Source: Deltaproteobacteria bacterium
Lineage (GTDB): Bacteria > Desulfobacterota > Desulfuromonadia > Geobacterales > Geobacteraceae
Assembly (NCBI GenBank): GCA_009668975.1
Contig: SBEG01000013.1
Span: 24,602 to 88,601, forward strand
DNA length: 64,000 bases
Direction of reading: 5' to 3'
How positions within the stretch are numbered: position 1 is the first letter of the stretch; every line of letters begins with the position of its first letter. Below, in pieces: positions 9,722 through 16,994 of the stretch. The position numbers and the translations under genes were made by a program. The notes under the pieces are model-generated. The model was given only the letters and a program-made list of their open reading frames with translations, made no database searches and had not been told where the DNA came from.

Positions 9722-9754
9722 AGACCTGCCAGGTTTTCAAAACCTGGCAGGTCT
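9722..9754. repeat. PAL-1 palindrome, copy 3 (central C)
   Basis: Identical to copy 2, including the flanks. Confidence 0.95.
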
Positions 9755-9854
9755 GGTCGATACTTCTGCCATCTTTCCCAGTCCCTCGGCGATACAAATG
9801 ATAGCCGCGCACCAGATTCAAGAACGCTCTCCGACCAAATCGCGCAATTGGATA

Positions 9855-9919
9855 CTTTTACCCTCTTTTTGCAGCTTTGCAGACCTGACCCCAATTTGTC
9901 CCAATTTGTCCAATTTGTC
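9855..9919. repeat. PAL-2 element copy B (one arm plus loop) abutting a tandem CCAATTTGT x3
   Basis: The reverse complement reads ACAAATTGG ACAAATTGGG ACAAATTGGGGTCAGGTCTGCAAAGCTGCAAAAAGAGGGTAAAAG. Confidence 0.7.
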
Positions 9920-9921
9920 TT

Positions 9922-9951
9922 CGGATATTCTATGCGAAGAGGACGAGCCAT
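9922..9951 (-). pseudogene. 10-codon 5' relic of a second RayT/IS200-like transposase gene
   Basis: ATG followed by MARPLRIEYP, which from memory is the typical N-terminus of this family (the intact copy here begins MPRKPRIHNPGAVYHV). The similarity stops abruptly at the tandem repeats. Confidence 0.5.
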
Positions 9952-10013
9952 ATCGGGATTTATACAACTATAATATTATTTTTCAAGACCTGCCTCCAAG
10001 ACGTCAGGATCTC

Positions 10014-10316
10014 TTAGCCATCAATCCGTTCCAGGCCAAATACAACCGGCCTGATACCGTCAGTGCAGCAGACGACGATTGTATTCCCCTTTTTCATCCA
10101 GCAGCTGAAATCCCCCCCGAAAAACAGCGTCATGACGGATTTGTGAATATCGTCCCACGCCCAATCGCAGAATCCTTCCGGCTTGGCAAGCCCCCTGACA
10201 AAGAACTCCTGTCCTTCGGAAAAATGTTCACAGGGCACATTGCCGGGAAGTGCATATTCCTTTGACAGGTCCGGGTTAAACATCCTTTTCAATACGGTAA
10301 TTTTAATTTTTGCCAT
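10014..10316 (-). CDS. TIGR04076-like small Cys-rich protein
   Basis: 100 aa. MAKIKITVLKRMFNPDLSKEY...PCEHFSEGQEF...GFCDWAWDDI...VVCCTDGIRPVVF matches my memory of the TIGR04076 family. AGGAG RBS present. Confidence 0.7.
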   Translation of the reverse strand: MAKIKITVLKRMFNPDLSKEYALPGNVPCEHFSEGQEFFVRGLAKPEGFCDWAWDDIHKSVMTLFFGGDFSCWMKKGNTIVVCCTDGIRPVVFGLERIDG

Positions 10317-10365
10317 TTGGTCGTTCTCCTTGCCGGTCCGGGACCGCCGCGTATTCTTTCTTTTC

Positions 10366-10827
10366 TCAAACCTTTCTTTTTCCGGTTATATGCGTCGTCT
10401 CGATTCTCACTACGACGCATTGACTCTTGTATTGCTCAATAATCTTTTCGCCTGCCTCAGCTTTATCCGGGAAGTATTTATGTACCATCTCCCTCATTAC
10501 CATTACCAATTCATTTTCTTCCACCACAAATGCGTTGCCGAATACGACGACGCTTTCGTATTTTGTCGTGAGGGCATTGGGCACCAGTTCCGCGCTCCCG
10601 ATGACGGTAAAGCATACTCGGTTGTTTTGTGCAATGTTGTCCAGTTTGTGCCCGTTCTTCGGACCGTGAAAATAGACCAAGCCGTTTACGACCACATAGT
10701 CGAGGGGTATGCAGTAGGGCTGACCTTCTGCGTCAACGGTGGCTAGGACCCCGTTTTTCCCCTTGCGCAGGATGTGGAAGGTTTCCTCATCCGACAATTG
10801 CCATTCTTTTTTTATCATTTCTCGCAT
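10366..10827 (-). CDS. Pyridoxamine 5'-phosphate oxidase family (FMN-binding split-barrel) protein
   Basis: Contains GVLATVDAEGQPYCIPLDYVVVNGLVYFHG. Start at ATG 10827, 6 nt after AAGGAG. Confidence 0.75.
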   Translation of the reverse strand: MREMIKKEWQLSDEETFHILRKGKNGVLATVDAEGQPYCIPLDYVVVNGLVYFHGPKNGHKLDNIAQNNRVCFTVIGSAELVPNALTTKYESVVVFGNAFVVEENELVMVMREMVHKYFPDKAEAGEKIIEQYKSQCVVVRIETTHITGKRKV

Positions 10828-10917
10828 AGGTTGCTCCTTTTCGTTTGTGATTATTCGTTGCGGCATTGAAGCTTTTTCAGTTACGATAACGGCATTACTA
10901 ACTTACCGCAAGAAGGC

Positions 10918-10946
10918 ACTTTTTTGTTATACACTGACAAAAAAGT
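10918..10946. promoter_or_regulatory. Perfect 10-bp inverted repeat in the divergent intergenic region; candidate HxlR operator
   Basis: ACTTTTTTGT-N9-ACAAAAAAGT, located 54 nt upstream of the hxlR-family gene. Confidence 0.4.
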
Positions 10947-10999
10947 AAGTATGGCGGACGGCAATTATGCAAGCTGCTACACCGTGGAGGTAAACAATA

Positions 11000-11353
11000 A
11001 TGGCAAGAGAGAAGATCTGCCCTATAGGGGAAACCATTAATCTCATAGGCCACAAGTGGAAGGTCTTTATTCTATGGAGCCTATTGCACAGCGACACCAT
11101 GAGGTTCGGTGAACTCGGCAGGCGAATAGAGGGGGTGAGCCAGAAGATGTTGACGCAACATCTTCGGCAGATGGAGGCGGACGGGCTTGTCCACAGGAAA
11201 GTTTATCCAGAGGTTCCGCCACGGGTTGAATATTCACTTACCCCTCTTGGAAAAAGCCTAAAACCAGTCTTGGACAGTATGAGCACCTGGGGGCTGAAGT
11301 ATCTGAAATCAAGGAATGGGGATGTTTATTGTGAATGCGAGATAAGCTGCTGA
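11000..11353 (+). CDS. HxlR-family winged-helix transcriptional regulator
   Basis: CPIGETINLIGHKWKVFILWSL...RFGEL...ISQKMLTQHLRQMEADGLV.R..YPEVPPRVEYSLT. Confidence 0.85.
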   Translation: MAREKICPIGETINLIGHKWKVFILWSLLHSDTMRFGELGRRIEGVSQKMLTQHLRQMEADGLVHRKVYPEVPPRVEYSLTPLGKSLKPVLDSMSTWGLKYLKSRNGDVYCECEISC

Positions 11354-11402
11354 TGAGCAGTGAAAAGAGATTTGCATCTCTCCAGTTTCGTTGGACAGTC
11401 AG

Positions 11403-11519
11403 TTAGGCTGCGAGATTAAATTCCTCGAACTCGCTTGGGTTTTCATAGCCGAGGGAAGCATGAATCCTTCGGCGGTTATAGAAACGCTTGATGTAGTCAA
11501 AGATGCTCTGCCGAGACTG
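11403..11519 (-). pseudogene. 3' fragment of an IS3-family transposase (integrase C-terminus)
   Basis: Translates to QSRQSIFDYIKRFYNRRRIHASLGYENPSEFEEFNLAA followed by a stop. The upstream part is replaced by the repeat at 11522. Confidence 0.75.
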
Positions 11520-11521
11520 CC

Positions 11522-11659
11522 TTAATTCTGGGGACACTTAATTCTGTTAATTCTGGGGACACCTTACTTATCTCAGCTGAATTGAGTATGGATGCCCCCA
11601 GAACTCAGTGACCCTTCTGTTTTCCTGCTTGGCAGAATTAAGTAAGGTGTCCCCAGAAA
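11522..11659. mobile_element. MITE-like element with a 20-bp perfect terminal inverted repeat
   Basis: TTCTGGGGACACCTTACTTA (11551-11570) pairs with TAAGTAAGGTGTCCCCAGAA (11639-11658). An extra direct copy of TTAATTCTGGGGACAC sits at 11522-11537. The element has no ORF. Confidence 0.6.
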
Positions 11660-11735
11660 TCTCAGAAATCTAGGATCAGACCTCGGCCCCCATTGCCCCT
11701 TCAAATCCTGACCCCACTGCCTCTGATCAATTCCA

Positions 11736-13997
11736 TTAAAAATTCTCGGGCGGCGTTGAAGAGACAAAGAAAACAGGGCAGGGCGCCTCAGAGATGACCC
11801 TGTCAACGCAGCTGCCAAGCTTTACGTAGTCTTTCCGATCAATGCCGCCACTGCCATGTGACGCCAGGATAATGAGATCAACACCTTCTCGGTTGGCGAC
11901 CTCTAAAATGGTTCTCGCAGCCCCTGAACCGAGCACCTGGGCATGCACGGGGATTCTCAGCTGTGTAAACTGTCTCGTCAGGTTGGAGTGATATTTCTCC
12001 AGGCTGGATATCAGTTCGGTATTCCCTCCTTCCTCCGGTACGGACAAGAGCCGGACCTCGGCATGAAATCGCAAAGCTAGTGCCATGGCATAAGGAATAC
12101 ATTGTTCTGAGATGGGGGAGCCGTCGAGGGGCACGAGAATCCTTCTAAAGTCACTCCGACGACAGCGCCACTCGTCGATCGGTCTGACAAGGAACAGCGG
12201 CGGGGTTGTTCGATAAATGACATTATAGGTCACTACAGATGACAGTAATCTTTCTGTGGGTGTTTTTCCAAAAGTGGTCATCACCACAAGATCAAAGCGG
12301 GCTTCATTGCTGAAACGAACAATTGCTTCCGCCGGATCGCCTTTGAAAACGCGGAAGGCAACTTCCACCTCTGCTGAAGTAATTTCCCCAGCGACATGTC
12401 GGAGGTACTCTGCTGCATCAAGAGCAGTCATTCCTTCCCTCTCTTCACCGATCACTGTGACGAGGGTAATCGAAGCACCGTACTCTCTGGCCAACTTTAA
12501 CGCTGATGGCAGACCTGCCTCGGCATTGTCGGTTCCGTCCAGTGGAACCATAATTTTCTTCAGATTATATACGGTCTCAGGGACCATTTTCCTCATCGGT
12601 GTGAGCGGTGTGGCCCCGAGGATAATGTTGAGACGGTCTTGCAGCTGGGTTGGCGCACCCAGCTTGGTTCGAAAGTGGTTAAAGGCGATGAAAAACAGAG
12701 GGACCAGGACAAAGTACATCCACGCACCCTCAAAAAATCTTTCTTCAAAAATAATCAGCGTTGCAAGGGTTGAAAGCAAGGAGGCGACAATGCACAGAAA
12801 CAAAGCAATACCATCATTGAAGACCCACCCCGATTTCAACTTTCTCAGCAATCTTTTTGTGGTGGCCCATCCGGTCATACTGAGAAGGACAAAGACCCCC
12901 GCGGCATAAAGAGCCAGGTAGGTCTCTTCCCGGGTTCCAAACACAAGAAAGCAGCTGATCACCACACTTACCTGCAACCAGACCGGAATGGTGGGAACAT
13001 CATACTTGTTTCTTTGCCCCCAGTAGCCGGGGATGTAATGGCGGTGCTTGAGACCCAGTGAGAGGTTTTGAATCCCCTGGGCGCTGGCAGCCGCGGCTGA
13101 AAGCAATACGGCGATGCCGATGAAACTGCCCAGGTAAGCCAATGGGACGGGCAGGATACGATCCATTGTCTGGGTAAATACGGAAACTTCCGGGTTTGCC
13201 GGATCGGACAGGGCCAGGATGGCAGGTCCCACAATGACCATGGTCAAAACTGTGGTCCCCATGATGATGACCAGACTGCCGAAAGCTTTTCGACTTTTTT
13301 CCCGCGCCGTTCCCTCATAGGCGGCAACCAGATTGGCAAAAATCTCAATCCCCGTCATAAGCGCTAAAATGCGGGCGTAACCGCCCAGGGTAAAGTGAAC
13401 GTACTCTCCGGAGAAGGCTCGCAGATCGATTTGTGGTAAGTGGAGGCCATGCTGATAGACAACTGCAAAGATCATGGACCAGAGCAAGATCAGAACCGCA
13501 GCAGTAGCCGGGCCAAAGAACCTGGCAGCAATCATCGGTCCGCGATTTACCAGGAATCCCACAAGAAGGGCAAAAAGCACAGCAACAACCCCCCTGATAT
13601 CGGTGAACAGAATCTGCTTGTTGAGTACAGGGAAGCGGTCGGCAATAAAAGTGACCAGAGCGGCGATGCTTACCAGAAAGGTCAGCGTGTATTCTATTAC
13701 CGTAATTGAAGCGTTGATCTTAACCGCCCAACCTCCAAACTCTTCCTCACTAAGGCCGCTGCCGCCGCTGCCATCGGTCACCCAAATCATGACGAAGCGA
13801 TACATGGCAGAAACAGCAAAGACCGTGAAGACAGCCATCCAAACGGAGGCCCCGAAAGTAACCGACGCCGCCCCAGCGGCCACGATAAGGGAAAGGAACG
13901 GGCCAAATACATAGAGGGGAGACGTGGCGGGGTCTCCTCCGCCTGCAAGTGCCCCCTGCAGTGAATTCTTCAATTTATAGGAGATAGATACACTCAC
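11736..13997 (-). CDS. APC-superfamily permease fused to two universal stress protein (UspA) domains
   Basis: 753 aa with about 12 TM in the N-terminal 450 aa (GGGDPATSPLYVFGPF). Two USP-like modules follow (KIMVPLDGT...VVMTTFG and RILVPLDGS...IILASHGSGG). Confidence 0.75.
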   Translation of the reverse strand: MSVSISYKLKNSLQGALAGGGDPATSPLYVFGPFLSLIVAAGAASVTFGASVWMAVFTVFAVSAMYRFVMIWVTDGSGGSGLSEEEFGGWAVKINASITVIEYTLTFLVSIAALVTFIADRFPVLNKQILFTDIRGVVAVLFALLVGFLVNRGPMIAARFFGPATAAVLILLWSMIFAVVYQHGLHLPQIDLRAFSGEYVHFTLGGYARILALMTGIEIFANLVAAYEGTAREKSRKAFGSLVIIMGTTVLTMVIVGPAILALSDPANPEVSVFTQTMDRILPVPLAYLGSFIGIAVLLSAAAASAQGIQNLSLGLKHRHYIPGYWGQRNKYDVPTIPVWLQVSVVISCFLVFGTREETYLALYAAGVFVLLSMTGWATTKRLLRKLKSGWVFNDGIALFLCIVASLLSTLATLIIFEERFFEGAWMYFVLVPLFFIAFNHFRTKLGAPTQLQDRLNIILGATPLTPMRKMVPETVYNLKKIMVPLDGTDNAEAGLPSALKLAREYGASITLVTVIGEEREGMTALDAAEYLRHVAGEITSAEVEVAFRVFKGDPAEAIVRFSNEARFDLVVMTTFGKTPTERLLSSVVTYNVIYRTTPPLFLVRPIDEWRCRRSDFRRILVPLDGSPISEQCIPYAMALALRFHAEVRLLSVPEEGGNTELISSLEKYHSNLTRQFTQLRIPVHAQVLGSGAARTILEVANREGVDLIILASHGSGGIDRKDYVKLGSCVDRVISEAPCPVFFVSSTPPENF

Positions 13998-14116
13998 ACT
14001 GTTCTTCCCCTCTCAGCGTCTATGAACAATTACCCCCTTTCGAGGAAGAATTGCTTATAGCTGCTGATAGAAAGTTGAATTGGCTTCTGGGAGCTTCTGG
14101 AAATTTTTAGAATTTT

Positions 14117-15073
14117 TTAGGATCGCAATCTTGCAAATACAATAGCGGCCTCTCTGACCGAATCCATTCGTGCGGCGATATCAGCATCTTTTTTCGAGCG
14201 TGAGACCAATCGCTTCACCGCGGAACTAAGCGTAGTAACATCCCGTCCAACATTTCTCCCCAACTCAGTAAGAGTCCCATCACAAAAATTGAGAACAACC
14301 CACGCAGCCAGGGCACGCCCTTCCGATACCCGTAACCCCTTGGAGGGAGAGCGCATCTGTTCCATGGTTAACCCACACACCTCGCACACGGCACCGAGGC
14401 AATTGTCTATCGTCACAGCTACAGGTTTCGCAGTTTCTTTTCGAAGCAGTTCGTCTACGAAAGTGTCATTCCCCAAGACTCTGCCGTCCGCCGAGTTATT
14501 GCCGTGGAATTCGGGTCTGTGACCTTGAAGAGCGCTCGCTTCCACAAATTCCTGAAACACCTCCCTGGCTCGTTTTAACCGGGGAGAAAACTGTGACAGT
14601 ACAGGTTCCGTTGTCAGCCAGGGCGCCTGCTCAAGTCCGAGATATGCACGGAAGCTGCTCCAGGGGTAATCAATCGGGTTTTCGCATATGCCGGCACGGA
14701 CAGGATTGAGATGCAGGTAGGCCACCAACTGGGCCAGGTAATTGTCGGCTTCTACCATGACTGCTTTATATCTGCCGTGAAACAGATGCCCAATTCGGTT
14801 CTGGCTCCAATTGATCCACTTCGTGTAGCGTAGCGACAAATTCTGCATGATACGAGAGAGCGGTATCTCTCCTGCCTGGATGACCAGGTGGAGATGATTT
14901 GTCATAAGGCAATAGCCATGGAGGCGAAAACCGTAACGCTCTATGCCGTTTTGCAGGATCGCAAGAAACCGACGACGGTCTTCAGCGTCAAAGAAAATGT
15001 CTTGCCTGGCATTGCCGCGCAGGATCACATGATATACCGCTCCAGGATTATGTATTCGTGGTTTGCGTGGCAT
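14117..15073 (-). CDS. HUH/Y1 transposase-like protein (IS200/RayT family) fused to a DnaA-domain-IV-like HTH
   Basis: 318 aa. HUH motif MTNHLHLVIQ; GRYKAV...AYLHLNPVRAG. The C-terminal RALAAWVVLNFCDGTLTELGRNVGRDVTTLSSAVKRL resembles the DnaA C-terminal RQIAMYL...IG..FGRDHTTV. Confidence 0.8.
   Translation of the reverse strand: MPRKPRIHNPGAVYHVILRGNARQDIFFDAEDRRRFLAILQNGIERYGFRLHGYCLMTNHLHLVIQAGEIPLSRIMQNLSLRYTKWINWSQNRIGHLFHGRYKAVMVEADNYLAQLVAYLHLNPVRAGICENPIDYPWSSFRAYLGLEQAPWLTTEPVLSQFSPRLKRAREVFQEFVEASALQGHRPEFHGNNSADGRVLGNDTFVDELLRKETAKPVAVTIDNCLGAVCEVCGLTMEQMRSPSKGLRVSEGRALAAWVVLNFCDGTLTELGRNVGRDVTTLSSAVKRLVSRSKKDADIAARMDSVREAAIVFARLRS
14120..14136. repeat. Left copy of the 17-nt inverted repeat bracketing the RayT-like gene
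   Basis: GGATCGCAATCTTGCAA; it overlaps the last codons of the gene. Confidence 0.6.
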
Positions 15074-15093
15074 GTTGTAATCTTATCCTGAGC

Positions 15094-15110
15094 TTGCAAG
15101 ATTGCAATCC
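15094..15110. repeat. Right copy of the 17-nt inverted repeat bracketing the RayT-like gene
   Basis: TTGCAAGATTGCAATCC is the reverse complement of the left copy with 1 mismatch. It lies 21 nt upstream of the start codon. Confidence 0.6.
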
Positions 15111-15224
15111 TGACCCCATTTGTTCTTAGTCAAGTAACTCAAGCAGCGCCTGATTTCCCCAAACTATACCCTCCCCTCGGTTAGCTGCAACGTTGACTCC
15201 GGCACGAGTGAGGTTCACGGAACA

Positions 15225-15291
15225 TAGTGGGGTCATACTTAGTGGGGTCTGCAAAACTGCAAAAAGAGGGTAAAATGCAGCTTTGCTGACC
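15225..15291. repeat. PAL-2 element copy C (complete hairpin), preceded by a tandem TAGTGGGGTC x2
   Basis: GGTCTGCAAAACTGCA-AAAAGAGGGTAAAA-TGCAGCTTTGCTGACC. Confidence 0.75.
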
Positions 15292-15318
15292 CCAAGTAAA
15301 TTCTCATTCCTTAACGAA

Positions 15319-16659
15319 TTAAATCCGCATATTCATTGGCGATTGCAACAGGATCATCAACGCCCTGGCCATTTCCTCCGGCACGCCGTACATATGTGAA
15401 CGCAGGCTGGCATATCTTCTCATTTGAGATGATTTGACGGCAAATCTTTCGCCAAGCGTAACAGGTCTGGGAGGATTCAAGACTTCGGCATCATGCATTA
15501 CAACTTGCCATTCCAGACTGGTTATCGTATCGCTCAGCAGCACGTCATAGCTAAGTTGGAACATATCTCGATATGCATCCTGAAAAAGGGATACGTTCGG
15601 TGGAACCGGCGGTGTTTCACCAAGAACGGCGACTCTGTCTGCCAGTCCTTCCACCGACACGTAACGGAAGGGAAGGTCCGGGACGATTGATGAATAGGCC
15701 GAAAGAGAAAGCAGGGATGTCCCTTGTACCATTTCAAGTTGTTCCCGCAGCAGGTCGGAAGTGATTCCCGGCATCCTCTGGACAATTGAGTCTATCATCG
15801 ACTCTGACAAACTCAGAGTTGGAAAGAACATTTCGAACGCATATTTAAAGGCAAAAAGATCGGACATCGCGTCATTATTGTACCTCATGGAAATGATTGC
15901 CTGGATGTCGGAAGCATTTTCCGGGTCGGAAAGAAACGATTCAATTCCAATCGCTTCCCCTTCGAGAGTGGGCATAAGTATGTCGTAGATTCTGGCTTGA
16001 TACATTGTCGCAACTTCTTCCGGTGCCTCGGTTCGAATGATGGATTTTAAGGGAGACTCCAGAAAAATCCTTCTTTTGAGCTGATCAACGGTTGTGACCA
16101 GAAGTAGCTGGACCAGTTCCTTGTCGGTATCGGTAAGCTGCCTCGAAAAATACCGTTCCGAGAGTTGGGATTCTATGGCAGCGGCTCCTCGAAGCAGGGC
16201 AAAATCGAGTTCCTCGAGAGGAATCCCGGCCTGTTCAGCCGAAGTGACGATGCCGCCAAGGAACCGATTGAAGGCTATGCCCCGTACCTCGACACCATCG
16301 CTTCCAACCGGTGCGCTATTATACTCCTCATCGTACGTCAGTATGAGTGAGCCCAGATCCTGCCTGAATTGCTTCCATTTCGCGGAAATTTCCGCACCAT
16401 CGTGCAATGTGCGTCGGAACAGCTGGGCTGCATTTCGGGCTGCATGAAAGAGAATCGAAATGTTCGAATCACTCGTGACACCAGGTCGGCTCATACACCG
16501 GAGGAAAAGTCCTGCCACCGGTTCGCGCATTTCCACCTTTTCGTGACGTTTTCGTGGCGATTCCCCGGTAGCCTTGCCCTTACCGAATGCGGGCATTGTC
16601 ATGCCAAGACTCAGGATAAGAAACATCATCATGCAGAGAGTTGCCCCATGCTTTTTCAT
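15319..16659 (-). CDS. Secreted hypothetical protein (orphan)
   Basis: 446 aa with AGGAG RBS and signal peptide MKKHGATLCMMMFLILSLGMTMPAFG. No motif recognised. AT-richer than the core genes. Confidence 0.65.
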   Translation of the reverse strand: MKKHGATLCMMMFLILSLGMTMPAFGKGKATGESPRKRHEKVEMREPVAGLFLRCMSRPGVTSDSNISILFHAARNAAQLFRRTLHDGAEISAKWKQFRQDLGSLILTYDEEYNSAPVGSDGVEVRGIAFNRFLGGIVTSAEQAGIPLEELDFALLRGAAAIESQLSERYFSRQLTDTDKELVQLLLVTTVDQLKRRIFLESPLKSIIRTEAPEEVATMYQARIYDILMPTLEGEAIGIESFLSDPENASDIQAIISMRYNNDAMSDLFAFKYAFEMFFPTLSLSESMIDSIVQRMPGITSDLLREQLEMVQGTSLLSLSAYSSIVPDLPFRYVSVEGLADRVAVLGETPPVPPNVSLFQDAYRDMFQLSYDVLLSDTITSLEWQVVMHDAEVLNPPRPVTLGERFAVKSSQMRRYASLRSHMYGVPEEMARALMILLQSPMNMRI

Positions 16660-16679
16660 TTTCCACTCCTTTCATCAGT

Positions 16680-16716
16680 GCGTTTTATTTCGATTCTGCG
16701 TTTTAGTGCGTTTTAG
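16680..16716. promoter_or_regulatory. Three direct copies of TGCGTTTTA immediately upstream of the 446-aa gene
   Basis: Copies at 16680, 16698 and 16708. Confidence 0.3.
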
Positions 16717-16858
16717 GGACGTTGTTTCTAAACATGCCTTTTGCCATTGAACCTTTGCGCAAATCTATCTATCGACGAAGATACTGGGAAGATACTGGTG
16801 TCAGTTCTTCACCTAAGACAATTTCAGCCTTTTCTCCAGTTCCTCAACCTTCTTTTTT

Positions 16859-16940
16859 GAAAGATTTTGTTGCATCGAGCTTTTGTCAACAAAAGCCTAT
16901 CCCTTTTTTCTGACGACAAATGAAAATATGTAAAGGGCGC
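16859..16940. repeat. About 80-nt non-coding repeat (family R80), copy 2
   Basis: GAAAGATTTTGTTGCATCGAGCTTTTGTCAACAAAAGCCTATCCCTTTTTTCTGACGACAAATG... aligns with 8216-8296. Confidence 0.85.
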
Positions 16941-16994
16941 CCCGCAAAGCCCCAACTAATTCATCATCCTCATGTTTTACGCGGGTAATCAGTC

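Noticed and set aside
9889-9919. Short tandem repeat clusters considered as possible CRISPR arrays (also 11522-11562 and 16680-16716)
   Set aside because: The units are only 8-16 nt and are directly adjacent or a few nt apart, with no unique spacers of 25-40 nt. No cas genes are present.
9613-9951. A 112-aa minus-strand ORF spanning the 9.6-10.0 kb repeat cluster
   Set aside because: Only the first 10 codons (MARPLRIEYP) look like a real protein, namely a RayT N-terminus. The rest is read through tandem repeats, PAL-2 and PAL-1 (...DLPGFENLAGL...). I treat it as a gene relic rather than an intact CDS.
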